Shown in pieces: positions 29,444 to 41,528 of a stretch of 64,000 nt of DNA. The stretch's first letter is position 1; every line of letters starts with the position of its first letter. Made by a program: the position numbers and the translations under genes. The notes under the pieces were generated by a model that saw only the letters and a list, made by a program, of their open reading frames with translations, was not told where the DNA came from and made no database searches. Source of the DNA: the human T2T-CHM13v2.0 reference genome, Homo sapiens; assembly GCF_009914755.1 (NCBI RefSeq), contig NC_060933.1. One strand, written 5' to 3'.

Positions 29444-29953
29444 TGAATTTTAAGATCTAAAATTTCCTATGCTGCCTTGACATCTTTGAGCCTCACAGGG
29501 CCCCAAAGGCCTAGCCGTGGGTTTTCCTGTTTCTACCAGACACCCCCTACCCCGCCGCCCAACAGGAAAGGCTCCCCACCTGGCTAGTTCTTTTATCAGC
29601 CAGAACAGTTGCACCTCAGCCTAAGAAGTTTCACTTCACCTGTCTGCCAGCCCATGAATTTATTCAAACAAGCCAATTGCTCTCCCCCTCGGGAACCATT
29701 GGTCATTGTGTGCTCTTGTTACTACCAAGCCTGCCTGCTTCCTCAGCCCGCAGCCCTCACTCTGCTACAGAGTGCGGTGCCCATCTGACCCTGTGTGGCA
29801 TGCAGTGTCCTCCTCTGAGCTGTGGGTATATGTGACTAAAACACTGCTGTCAATCTCATCCATCCACGCCAGGTGTCGTGTTCAGCCATCTCCTACACTT
29901 TAGGGCAGGGACCCCTTCTTCACCAATGGGGTGAAAAGGAAGTGACCATAACA
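29444..29953 (+). mobile_element. ERVL-type solo LTR (MER54/MER73/MER74-like)
   Basis: TG...CA block of ~510 bp interrupting L1; opening aagatctaaaatttcctatgctgccttgacatc resembles this family (from memory). Confidence 0.55.
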
Positions 29954-30037
29954 ACTGCTTAGTGACAAAAGGATTAACCCACCAAGAAGACATCTACTTC
30001 AACATCCTCCTCTTAGCAACTATTAAAACTAGGCAGA

Positions 30038-30301
30038 GGCCGGGCACAGCGGCTCATGCCTGTAATCCCAGAACTCTGGGAGGCAAAGACAAAGGATAGC
30101 TTGAGGCCAGGAGTTCGAGCCTGGGCAACATAGCAAGGCCTCATCTCTCCAAAAAATTTTAAATTTAGCCAGGTGTGCCGGCACACACCTATAGTACCAG
30201 CTACTCAGGAGGTTAAGCCAGGGGAAGTACTTGACCCTAGGAAGTCAAGGCTGCAGTGAGTCATGTTCGTGCCACCGCACTCCAGTGTAAGTGACAGAGT
30301 G
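30038..30301 (+). mobile_element. AluJ lacking a poly-A tail
   Basis: J-type right arm; TSD aaactaggcaga at 30026-30037 and 30302-30313. Confidence 0.88.
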
Positions 30302-30954
30302 AAACTAGGCAGAAAAGGAGCAAGGATTGACAAAAGATCTGAACAGTCAACCAGCAAAATGTGACATCCGTATAACACCCCACTCCCCAACAGAAAAACA
30401 CACACATTTTTAAAGCCAATAGAAATCTACCAAGATGAAGTACACTTGGGGCAATAAAAGAAATCACAGCAAATCTTGCTGTGCGCCCCTCTGCCCTGGC
30501 GCCGGCGCCGTGCCCCTCTCTGCGCCTTCTTTTCTCACCATGGGGAAGCGTTTGGGGGCCTCTTGAGGGACCCCCTAGATGCTTCTACTCAGAGCCCCCA
30601 AAGCCGGGGAGCCTCCACTCCTCTGTCTGCAGCCTCCCCTGTCGGTTCTCGCTACCCAGGGTTCAGTGGCCTGGGGGCTGATGGAGGTGGTCGCCTCTGC
30701 CAAGGACCCTCCCGGCACCTCCCTGGCTCATCCAGCCCACCTTCCTCCCACGCTGGCTCACGCAAAGTGCTCTGGTCACCAGGAGCCCTTCCTGACCAGC
30801 CCCGGCCCCTTCTTGGCCTTCGCCCACCTGGCCTCCCCTGGAGCCCTGACCTGGGTGCCGGGCCTGCTGGGTCCAGAGCCCACCCCGCCCTGAACAACCC
30901 CGAGTCTCAGCCACCCTCAGCTCTTACCCTTTCACAGCTGGGGAGTGGAGCCTG

Positions 30955-31565
30955 GGCCTGCGCCTCTCCGCGCCTGCGCCGCCGCTGTGCGCCTCTCCGC
31001 CGCTGTCCGCCTCTCCGCCGCTGTCCGCCTCTCCGCCGCTGTCCGCCTCTCCGCCGCGCCGCCGCCGCCCGCCTCGCCGCCGCCGCCCGCCTCGCCGCCG
31101 CCGCCCGCCTCGCCGCCGCCGCCCGCCTCGCCGCCGCCGCCCGCCTCTCCGCCGCGCCGCCGCCGCCCGCCTCTCCGCCGCGCCGCCGCCGCCCGCCTCT
31201 CCGCCGCGCCGCCGCCGCCCGCCTCTCCGCCGCGCCGCCGCCGCCCGCCTCTCCGCCGCGCCGCCGCCGCCGCCGCCCGCCTCTCCGCCGCGCCGCCGCC
31301 GCCCGCCTCTCCGCCGCGCCGCCGCCGCCCGCCTCTCCGCCGCGCCGCCGCCGACCGCCTCTCCGCCGCTGTCCGCTTCTCCGCCACGCCGGCACCGGCG
31401 CTGTGTGCCTTTGCAAGGGCGGAGCTGCGTTCTCCTCGGCACAGACCCGGAGAGCATTGCGAGGGCGGAGCTGCGTTCTGCTCTGCATAGACCTTGGGGC
31501 ACTGCCTCGCTTTGGGACAACTCGGGGCCGCATCGACGGTGAATAAAATCCTTCCTGTTTGCAGC
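30955..31565 (+). repeat. TAR1/subtelomeric CpG-island repeat with expanded GCC-rich VNTR
   Basis: gcctgcgcc/gcgcctct (29-bp-repeat-like) units, then two gggcggagctgcgttct(c/g)ctc units and cactgcctcgctttgggacaactcggggccgcatcgacggtgaataaaatc, all typical of human subtelomeric TAR1. VNTR units of 18 bp (ccgccgctgtccgcctct; cgccgccgccgcccgcct) and 26 bp (ccgccgcgccgccgccgcccgcctct) at ~30980-31385. Confidence 0.85.
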
Positions 31566-31574
31566 CATGTTTGT

Positions 31575-32060
31575 GGTTGGTGGCAGCGATGGACACTGCA
31601 GCCAGCCAGAGTGTAGAAAGGCATTGGGGTAAGTGCGCCATCCAGGCTGCACTGCTGGTGGCCTGGGACGGGTTGGGAGCCCTATCTCAGGCGTCACTGC
31701 CCGTCTTGGGTGGTTGGTTGGGTGTGCTATCTGGGGCTGTGCTGCCTGCACCGGGGGCGGGGGGCGGTTTGGGGGCTCAAACCGGGGCTGCACTGCCTTT
31801 GGCGGGGAGCCGGTTGGGGGCACTATCCCAGACTGTATTGCTGGCAACAGTGAGGTGGGTTAAGTGTGCTATCTGGGGCTGCACTGTGCGGCTGTGGGGG
31901 GGGGTGGCGGTTTTGGGTTGAGGGCGCTATGGGCTGCTGTAATGCCCATGGTGCGGGGAGGCGGGGCGGTTAGGGTATGTTGGGTGTGCTATTTGCGGGG
32001 GGCGACACTGCTGGTGGTAGGGGGCAGGGTGGGTTGGGGGCCATATCAGGGGCTGCACTG
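31575..32060 (+). repeat. Diverged G-rich ~45-60-bp tandem repeat, block 1
   Basis: About 9 recurrences of gctatc(t/a)ggggctgcactg followed by gggttggg-type G runs. Confidence 0.7.
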
Positions 32061-33367
32061 ATTGCTTTAGCTAGGATTTCTGGTACTATGTTAAACAACA
32101 GTGGTGACAGGGGGCATCCTTATCATGTTCCAGATCTTAGAGGAAAAGCTTTCCATTTTTCCCCATTCCATATGATTCTAGCTGTGGGTGTCTTTCCTGT
32201 AGTTTTTATTATGTTGCGGTATGTTTCTTCTGTGCCTGTTTCTTTGAGGATTTATAGCATGAAGGGATGTTGAATTTCATCACATGCTTTTTTGGTTTCA
32301 GTTGACATGATCATACGGTTTTTGTCGTTTATTTGGTTGATATGATGTATCACATTGTATGTTGAGTGACTCTTGCATTCCAGGGATACATCCCAGTTGA
32401 TCATGATGAATTATCTTTTTAATGTATTACTGAATTTGATTCACTGGTATTCTGTTGAGGATTTTTGCATCAATATTAGAGATCCTGTCCTGTAGTTTTC
32501 TTCTTTGATGCTTTTATCTGATTTTCGTATCACAGTAATAATGGTCTCATAGAATAAGTTTGGAAGTATTCCCTCCTGTTTTTCAAAATAATTTGAGCAG
32601 GATTTGTACTAGGTCTTTAAATTGTTTGGTGTGAAGCCATCAGCAGTGAAGACATCATCAGTTCCTGGGCTTTTCTTTACTGGGAGACTTTTTCTGATGG
32701 CTTCAATCTCATTACTTGTTACCAATCTGTTCTGGTCTTGGATGTTTTCATTGTTTAACCTAAGTAGGTTGTATGCATCTAGGAATTTGCCAATTTCTAC
32801 TAGGCTTTCCAATTTATTGGCATATAATAGCCAGTTATGATCCTTTGAATTTCTGAAGTATTAGTTGTAATGTCTCCTTTTTTTAATCTGTTGATTTTAT
32901 TTATTTGAATCTTGTCTCTTTTCTTAGGCTGGTTGAAAGTTTGTCAATTTTGTTTAGCTTTCCAGAAAACCAACTTTTCGTTTAATCTTGTGTGTTTTTT
33001 ATTTCAATTTTGTTTCTGCTACGATCTTATTTATTTTCTTATTTTCGGTTTAGTTTGTTCTTACTTTACTAGTTCTTTAAGATGTATTGTTTATTTGAAG
33101 TTTTTCTTTTGTTTGGATGGTAGGCACTTATAGCTGTAAATCTCTGCCTTTGTACTGCTTTCTGCGTAACAAGTTTTGGTATACTGTGTTTTCATTACCC
33201 TTTGTTTCATGAAATTTTTGAATTTCTGTCTTAGTATCTTCATTGACCTTTATTTATTCAGGTCATTTATTCAGGAGGGTAGTGTTTAACTTCCATGTGA
33301 TTGTATTGTTTCCAAAATTACTTTTCTTATTGATACCTAGTTTTATTTCTTTGTAGTGAAAGAAGAT
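32061..33367 (-). mobile_element. L1 (L1PB/L1MA-like) internal ORF2 fragment
   Basis: Reverse ORF2 sequence; ORF 32609-32812 (KFLDAYNLLRLNNENIQDQNRLVTSNEIEAIRKSLPVKKSPGTD) matches ORF2. Confidence 0.9.
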
Positions 33368-33850
33368 TGCCACGGAGACAGACAGCAGCATGGTCAGTGT
33401 GGTAGGAGCCGGCCATCAGCGAGAGCTGCTCCATGCCTGGCTGCTGGGAGCTAGAGCCTGCGGCCCACTGGCTTGCCTCACTGTAGTTGGTGGTGGCAGT
33501 GACAGAGACTGCAGCATGACCAGAGTGGTAGGACAGGGGCTATCCAGGGCTGCACCTTTCGCAGTGTGGGGTGGGTTGGGGGCACTATCCAGGGTGTCAT
33601 TGCCTGCATTAGGGGTACTGGTTGGTAGCACTGCACAGGGCTGCACTGCCCACAGCAGGGAGGGTGGGTTATGGGTGCTTTCTGGGGCTGCAATGCCCAT
33701 GGAGGAGGACAGGTTAGGGCATATTGGGTATATGCTACTGGCGGCATTGGGGGATGGAGGTGGGGGGCGCTATTGAGGGCAGGACTAGCAGTGGAGCGGG
33801 GGCGAGTTCGGTGCTATCAGGGGCTGCACTGCTGGCGGCAGTCAACAGAG
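33368..33850 (+). repeat. Diverged G-rich tandem repeat, block 2
   Basis: Same motifs as 31575-32060. Confidence 0.65.
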
Positions 33851-34649
33851 TTGGCATCCAAGGAAGGAGTGGTTCTCCTCTCCCTGACTCCACACTCCAG
33901 AGGGCGAACCACTCTTGGTCATACTGGAGTGCGGCAGGGCACGCAGCGTTTGCATGGGAATCCTGAGCATGGCAGAGTCCCCACACCCACCGTGGTTCCT
34001 GGGCCTGTGCACTCTGGGTCTGTGCCTCAGAGGCTGCCAGGCACCCCTGGGGACACCACGGGGAACAGGGCCCTGTGTGTGGAGGCATCCGGAACAGGAA
34101 TTGGCACCTGGGTGCGGAGGGCTGGCTGGGTCTGAATTTTTCTGCTTCTCCTGTTCCCCGAGGAGTGCAGCCCCGGTGGGCCCAGTGGTTCCTGTGGAGT
34201 GGGGAGCTGGGTGCTGTGGTGTCTCCAGCACCCACCCCAGACCCCAGTTCCCGGCCAGCTTGGGCCAAAAGGAGAGGCTGGACTTTGGAGGGTGGGTGTG
34301 AGTGCCTTTGCTGAAACTGGCTCCTGCCACCCAGTGGCCGGCATGACAACTTGAGGCTCTAACGCTTCCACTCCTCACAACTTCCTCTAGGCTTTTCTGG
34401 CTTTGCCCGCCCAGCTGCTCCATGCCAGGAGGAGGAGGAGACACCTAGAGGCTGCAACACCACGGCTCACCTCGCTGCGGGTGGGTGGCAGTGACGGAGA
34501 CTGCAGTGCACCAGAGCGGTAGGAGAGTGGCCACGCTAGGAGGGCGGGCGGCTGCAGGCAGGGTTGGGAGTCAGGCTTACAGCGATGGACGGGCTGCAGC
34601 AGTGGCCAGGTGGTAGGAGCCTTGTAGGGAGGGCTGGTGCATTGGCAAT

Positions 34650-37600
34650 GGGCCTGGCTTTGCCCTGTGCCTGCCGTGGATCTGGCCCTGTACTGCCCTG
34701 CCTTGCCCTGTACCTGCCCTACTGTTACCTGGACTCTCAGCCCTGTCCTGCTCTGGTCCCATCCTGACCCTGTCTTGGCCCCGTGCTACCCTGTCCCTGC
34801 CCTGGTCTTGCCCTGGCACTGGCCCTGCCCTGAACGTGCACTGGCCTGACCTTGGTTCTGGCCCTGGCTCTGGCCCTGCCCCTTGTCCTGACCCTGGTCC
34901 TGTCATGGCACTGGCCCTGCCAGTGGTCATGGTCCTGCTCCTGTTCTGGCCCTGACCTGGCCTTGGAAATGTCCTGGCTCTGCTTTGGCCCATCCCTGCC
35001 CTGGCCCCACCATGGGCCTTCCTGTTCTGCCCTCTCCTGGCACTGACCTTGCCCTGTCATGGCCCAGTGGTGCCATTGCCCTGCCTTACCCTGCGCTGGT
35101 TGTGCCTTGGCCCCGCTTGGTGCTGGCCGCTTCCTGGACCTGCCCTGGACCTGCCCTGACCCTGCCTTGGCTTTTGCCCTGCCCTCACTATGGCCTGGCC
35201 CTGGCCCTAGCCCTGGTCCTGCCATATCCCTGACCCTGCCCTTATCCAGGCCCTGCCCCTGCTGCTGCCCTGGCCCTGGCCTGGAACCTGGTCCTGTCAA
35301 GGACCTGCCCTGACTCTGCCATGGCCCTGGCCCTGCTCTGCCTTGTTCCTGGCCCTGACCCAGACCCAGACCCTTTCCTGGCTCTGCACTGGCCTTTCCC
35401 TGGCCCTGAGCTGGCAGTGGTCTGCCCCTGGTCTTGCCATCACCCTGCCCTGCTGTGCTCTGGATGTGTCATCACCCTGCCCTGGCTCTACTCTGCCTTT
35501 GACCCTGCCCTGGCCTTGCCTTGGCCCTCACCCTAGTCTTCGCTAGGCCCAGCACAGACCTGGCTCTGACCCTGGCCCTGGTCTTTGTCCTGCCATAGCT
35601 TTGGCCCTGAAGTGGACTTGGAGGTGTCCTGGCCCCGGTGTAACATGGCTCTGCATTGGCCTGTCTCTGCCCTGCCCCTACCATCGCCTTGCCCTGCTCT
35701 GCCCTGTCCCAGTACTGACCCGGCCACGCTATTTCCCCGCCCTACCCTGCCTTGGCTGTGCCCTGGCTCGGTTCTGGCCCTGGCCCCGGCCCTGCCCTGG
35801 ACATGCTCTGACACTGCCTCAGCCTTGGCACTAGCCTGGCTCATTCTTGGCATCAGCCCTGCTCTCTCTGTGGACCGGCTCTTGTCCTGTCCTGCACTGG
35901 CCATACCATGCCCTGCCCTGCCCTGCCCTGACTCAGCCCTGACTCAGCCTTGGCCTTGGCATTGCCCCTGGTCCTGCCATATTTCTTGCCCTGTCCCTAC
36001 CCTAGCCTTGGCCCTGACCCTTACCTTGCTCTGGCCCTGCCCTTGCCCTAATGCGGCCCCTGGCCCTGTCATGACCCTGCCCTGGACCTGTCCTGGCCCT
36101 GGCCCTTCCCTGCTTGAGACCTTGCCCTGGTTCTCCCATGGCCCTGACCCTGAAATGCCTGGCCCTACCCTGGCCTTGCCCTGCTCTGGCCCTTGCCCTG
36201 ACTCTGGTCCTGTCACTGACCTAGCCCCAGCCCTGTTGCTGGTCTTACCATGGCCCAGACCCTGCCTTGGCCCTGCCCTGACACTGTCCTGGACCCTGGC
36301 TGTGCCAAGAACCTGCACTGTCCTTGCCCTTGTTTTGCTCCTGCCCCGAACCTGGTCCTGCCCAGGCCGTTTCTATGGCCCTGGCCCTGGCCCTGCCCAG
36401 GTCTTGGCACTGGCCTGGCCCTGCCCTGCCCTGGCCCTATGCTTTCCTGGCCCTGCCTTGGCCCTAGCCTGGCTTTGACCCTGCCCTGGCCCTACCTTGG
36501 CCTTCACCCTAGCCTTACCAGGGCACTGTGTTGGACCTGGCCATAGCACAGACCTGGTTGTGGCCCTGGCCCAGACCCTAGCCCTGCAGGTACCGGTCCT
36601 GGCCCAGCTCTGGGCCTGGCTTTGTCCCTAATTCTTAGATGACCCTGGCCCTGCCCCTGCCCTTGCCCTTGCCCTGGCACTGGCCTTGGACATGTCCGTG
36701 GTCCTAACCCTGGCCCTGCCCTGGAGCTGCCACTGTCTTGGCCCTGCCCTGGCTCTGGCCCTGCCCCGGCCCTGGCCCTGCCCCGGCCCCAGCCATAGAC
36801 CTGCCCTGGTTGGTCGTGCCCTACCTTAACCCTGTGCTACCCTGGGCCTGCTCCACCCTGCCCTGGCCCTGCCCTCCCTTTGGCCCTGCCCTGACCCCGT
36901 CTTGGCCCTCACACTGGCCCTAGCACAGACCTGGTCCTATCTGTGGCCTTGGCCTGGCATTGACCCCTGCTCCTGACCCTGGTCCTGCCATGGCCCTGGC
37001 CCTGCCAATGACCCTGGCAGCCCTTACCCTGGCCCTGAACTGGCCCTGCCCTGGCCCTGAAGTGGATTTGCAGGTGTCTTGTCCATGGTTTAACCTGGTC
37101 TTACCATGGCCCTGTCCCTCCCCTGGCTCTGTCCTGGTCTTATGCTGACCCTGACCCAGACCTTGGCCCTGCCACAGCCTTGTCCTAGACCTGGCCATGG
37201 CCCTGCGTCTGCCCTGGACCGGCACTGGCACTGGCATGGACCCTGGCCCTGGCCCTTCACTACTTAAGGCCATACCCTGGCCCAGCCCTGGCCCTAATTT
37301 GGCCTGGCTCTACCCTGGCATGCTATTCTGGCCCTAGCCCTGACCCTGTCCCTGTCCCTGTCCTGGTCCTAGCCCCGTTGCTGGTCCTGCCATGGCCCTT
37401 GTCCTGACATTGCCCTTTCCTGGTTCTGGCCCTGGCCCTGTCCCAGCCCTGCTCTGGCCCTGGTCTGAACCCTGGCCCTGCAATAGACCTGCCTTGGTCC
37501 TGCCCAGACCCTGGCTCTGGCCCTACCTCTGCCCTGGCCATACCCTTGCCCTGGCCTGGACCCCGGTCCTGGTCCTTGTCCTGCCCCAGCCGTGGCCCTG

Positions 37601-40530
37601 GCCCTGCCCTGCCTGTGCCCTGTTCTATCCTGGGCTGGCCCTGCCATGGCCTGGTCTTGCCATTGCCCTGCCCTAGCTTGCCCTGCTTGTGCCCTAGATC
37701 TGCCCCACTTGTGCCCTAGATCTGCCCCGGCCTTTGCCCCATCTTGGTTCTAGCCTTGACTCAGCCCTGGACCTTCCCTGACCTTGCCTCAGCCCTGGCA
37801 CTACCCTGGCATTGCCTTGGCATTTGCCCTACTCTCTCTATGGCCTGGCTGTGGTCCTGCCCTGCTCTGCTCTTGTTCTGTCCTCGCACAGCCCTGGCCC
37901 TGGCCCTGGCCCTGCCGTATCACTGGCTCTGGTCCTGCCCTTATGCAGACCTGACCCTGCCACTGCCTTGGCTTTGGCCTGGACCTTGGCCATATAGTGA
38001 CCCTGCCATGACATTTTCCTGGTCCTGGCCTGGAACCTGGCCCTGCCAAGGACTCGCCCTGGCTCTGTCATGGCCCTGGCCCGTTCCTGGATTTGGATGT
38101 GTCCTGTCCCTTATTTGCCCCGGCCCTTCCCTGGCTCTGCCATACCCCTTCTCTGGGGTAGGGCCAGGGTCAGGACCAGACCAGGGCAGGGTCAGGACCA
38201 GGGTAGGGCCATGTTAAGGCCTGAAGATGGGAAGGGCCAGGGCAGCGGCTGGACCAGGGAAGGGTCAGGGCCAGGGATGTAGTAGGACTAGGGGCAGAGC
38301 CGGCACTAGGGCTGAGCCAGGGCAGAGCAGGAGAGATTACTTTAGGCTATTACTAAAATTTTTATTTTAGATTTTTAAGATAACTATAGTAGTAGTAATG
38401 TCTATACTATGTTGTTTGTAATAGTAATAATACTTGCAGTAATCACTAAATTTTAACTAATACTATCTTTGCTTCCAGTAGTGTTCTATGAGTATAATTT
38501 TATCAACATGTAAATATGTGAGGCATTGATTCTTGTAATAATTCTATATGCTAGGTACTTAAAGCATCCCCATTTTCCAAATGTAGGAAACAGGCATAAA
38601 GAAGGTAAATACTTGGCCAGATTACTCCTGTAATCCCAGCACTTTGGGAGGCCAAGGCAGGCAGATGGCTTGAGCTCAGGAGTTTGGAACCAGCCTGGGC
38701 AACGTTGTGAAACCCCATCTCTACTAAAAATGCACAAAAAGAACTAATTTAAGTTTCTTGTAGGATTCTGGTTATAAAACACTGGTCAAACACACAGGGC
38801 ATGGATAGGGCAGGGCCAGGGACAAGGTCAGGCCAGGAAGGGGCCAGGGCCAAGGCAGGGCCAGAGCTGGACTTGGAGGTGTCCTGGTCTGATTTGCCCT
38901 GCCCCAAAGTTGGCCCAGCCCTGCTCTGGCATGTCCTGTCATGCCCTTTCCCTGGCCTGAGCATTGGCCCTGGCCCTGTCCTGCTTCTGGCCCTGCCCCG
39001 GAGTTGACCAGGCACTTCCATGGCCCAGTCCTGCATTGCCCTGCCCTCCTCTGCCCTGGTGCTACCATGGCCCTGCTTGGGCCCTAGCTCTGCCTTGACT
39101 CTGGACCTGCCCTGACTCTGCTCAGCCCTGGATCTACCCTGACTCTGCCTTGGTGTTGCCCTCCCATCTCTATGGCCTGGCTCTGGCCATGCCTTGCACA
39201 GACCATGCTCTGCCCTGCGTGCCCCAGCCTGGGCCCAGCCCTCATCCTACCATATTCCTGACCCCAGCCATACCCTTGTTCTCGCCATGACCCTGCCATG
39301 GCCCTCTCCTGGCCCTTCCTTGATCATGCCCTGCCCTTCCATGCCCTGGCCTTGCCCTCACCCTGCATTGGCCCTGCACTGGTCCTGCCCTGCCCTGGCA
39401 CTGCCTTGGCCCCGGCCCTGCCTTCTTCCTGGCCTTGCCTTTGCCCTGCCCTGGCCTGACCCCAGGTCTACTGAGTCCATGAAATGGCCCTGGACCTGCC
39501 TTGCCATCCTCTGTCCTGGCCCTATATTGTCCCCACCATGCTCTGGTCCAGCGCTTGCCCTAGCCCTGTTGCTAGTCCTGCCACTGCTATGGCCCTGCTC
39601 TGTTTTTGGCCGTGCCCTGTGCTACCCTAGCCCTGCCCTGCCTTGGCCTTGGCCCTACCATGGCCTTCTCCTACCCTGGCCTGGCCCTACCCTGGCCTTT
39701 TCTACCCTGGCCTTGCCCTTCCCTGGTCTTGCCCTGCCCTGGCCTTGCCCTGCCCTGGCCTTGGCTTTGCCTTATCCTGGTCCTGGTTCTGCCCTGACCC
39801 TGGCCTTGCTCTGGATCCTCTCTGGTTCTGCTTTCTCCCTGGCCCTTCCCTTGCTCTGGCCCTGTCCCTGGACCAGCCTTGACCCTGACCCTGACAATCC
39901 CCAGGTCTGACACTGGCCATGCTTGGCCCTGGCCCCTCCTTTTGGCCCTGCCTTAGCCCTGTGCTATCTTAGTCCTGCCCTGGCCCTGAACTCACCCTGG
40001 TCCTACCCTCACCCTACACTGGCCCTGCCCTATCCTGGCCTTGCCCTGCCCTGGCCCTGCCTTTGGCCTGCTCTGGCTCTGGTTCTGCCCTGGACTTGCC
40101 CATGCCCTGGACCCTCCCTGGCCATGTTTTTCCCATGGTCCTTCTCTGGCCTTGCCCTTGCCCTGTCCCCTTTCTGGTCCTGCCATGTTTCTGGCCCTGC
40201 CCTGTCCATGTCCTGGACCTGACTCTGGCCCTGGACCTCCCTGTCCCTGCCCTGCCATACCCTGGCCCGTTCCTTGCTCTACACTGACCCTGCCCTGCCT
40301 TGGCCCTGTGCCACCCTAGCCCTGCCCTGGCCTTCTGCTGACCCTGATCCTGCCATGGCCCTGGCCCTGCCATGTCCCTGCCCTGGCCCTGGTTCTTCCC
40401 TGCTTCTGGACCTGGCCTTGGTCCTCTCATGTCCCTGGCTGTGACCCTGCCCCTGGTTTTTCTCTGGCCATGACCCTGCCCCAGTTCTGTCCTATCCCTG
40501 GCCCTGTCTCAGTTCTGTCCTAGCCCTGGC
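34650..40530 (-). repeat. CAGGG-type pericentromeric repeat tract (CCCTG/GGCCCT on plus strand)
   Basis: About 5.9 kb of degenerate ccctg/ggccct 5-6-mers with strong C skew; fits the CAGGG repeats described at hominoid pericentromeric duplication junctions. Confidence 0.88.
38613..38740 (+). mobile_element. Alu left monomer (FLAM/AluJ-like), preceded by a MIR fragment
   Basis: cctgtaatcccagcactttgggaggcc...ctctactaaaaat; MIR-like ccccattttccaaatgtaggaaacaggc at ~38567. Confidence 0.8.
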
Positions 40531-40922
40531 CTTTCACAGTACTTTATGCTTAGTAAGGGCTCCATGGTGTCTGTGAGTTGAATGTTGTGTTCATAGTATC
40601 TGCCAAAACAGAAAGAAAAAAGTAAAATATTTTGATAAGAAGTTAAAGCTTTGTATATAATATGCCTTGAATTGTAAGTGCCTGTTATTAGTTGTATTAC
40701 ATATGGGTCATGGCTTTGTACACGTAACTCCAAACCATTGATACTGTTAAAAGGATATATGAATATATGAAAGAATGTATAAACGTAAGAATGTATCAGT
40801 ATCTAATGACCTTTCCAAATTAATTTTTATTTTTAGCTCTATTAGATTTTTCTCAGTGTAACAAATGTTTATTCCTATGTAATTAAGGGTGTGTTTCCTG
40901 TACAGAATATTCATAATACCTA

Positions 40923-41405
<483 letters not shown>

Positions 41406-41528
41406 AAATAACTATAAGTAAATATAAATATAAAAATGCATACATGAAAAGAAACAATTTTTAAATTTAACATCACTGAGGGCATCCTATCCATTTCATT
41501 TCATGATTCCATTACATCATTTCACTTA

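Larger units (their letters stand above)
27360..30475 (+). mobile_element. Old L1M 5' part (5'UTR, ORF1, start of ORF2 endonuclease), interrupted by an LTR and an Alu, truncated at 30475
   Basis: ORF1-like (acagattcaagaagctgagcaaacc; gaggccagaaggaagtggcacaacattttcaagtgct) and ORF2-start-like (ttaaatgtaaatggtctaaa) motifs. Confidence 0.7.

Noticed and set aside
30476-31847. Ala/Arg/Pro/Gly-rich ORFs of 180-356 aa
   Set aside because: The GC VNTR is open in most frames on both strands; low complexity and no domain.
30980-34625. CRISPR-like repeat-spacer array or true interstitial telomere
   Set aside because: Eukaryotic context, no constant repeats with unique spacers, no cas genes, and no (TTAGGG)n run.
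34564-40430. Dozens of Pro/Trp/Cys/Leu or Gly/Gln/Arg ORFs (collagen- or keratin-associated-like look)
   Set aside because: Overlapping translations of CCCTG repeats; no sustained Gly-X-Y pattern or exon structure.
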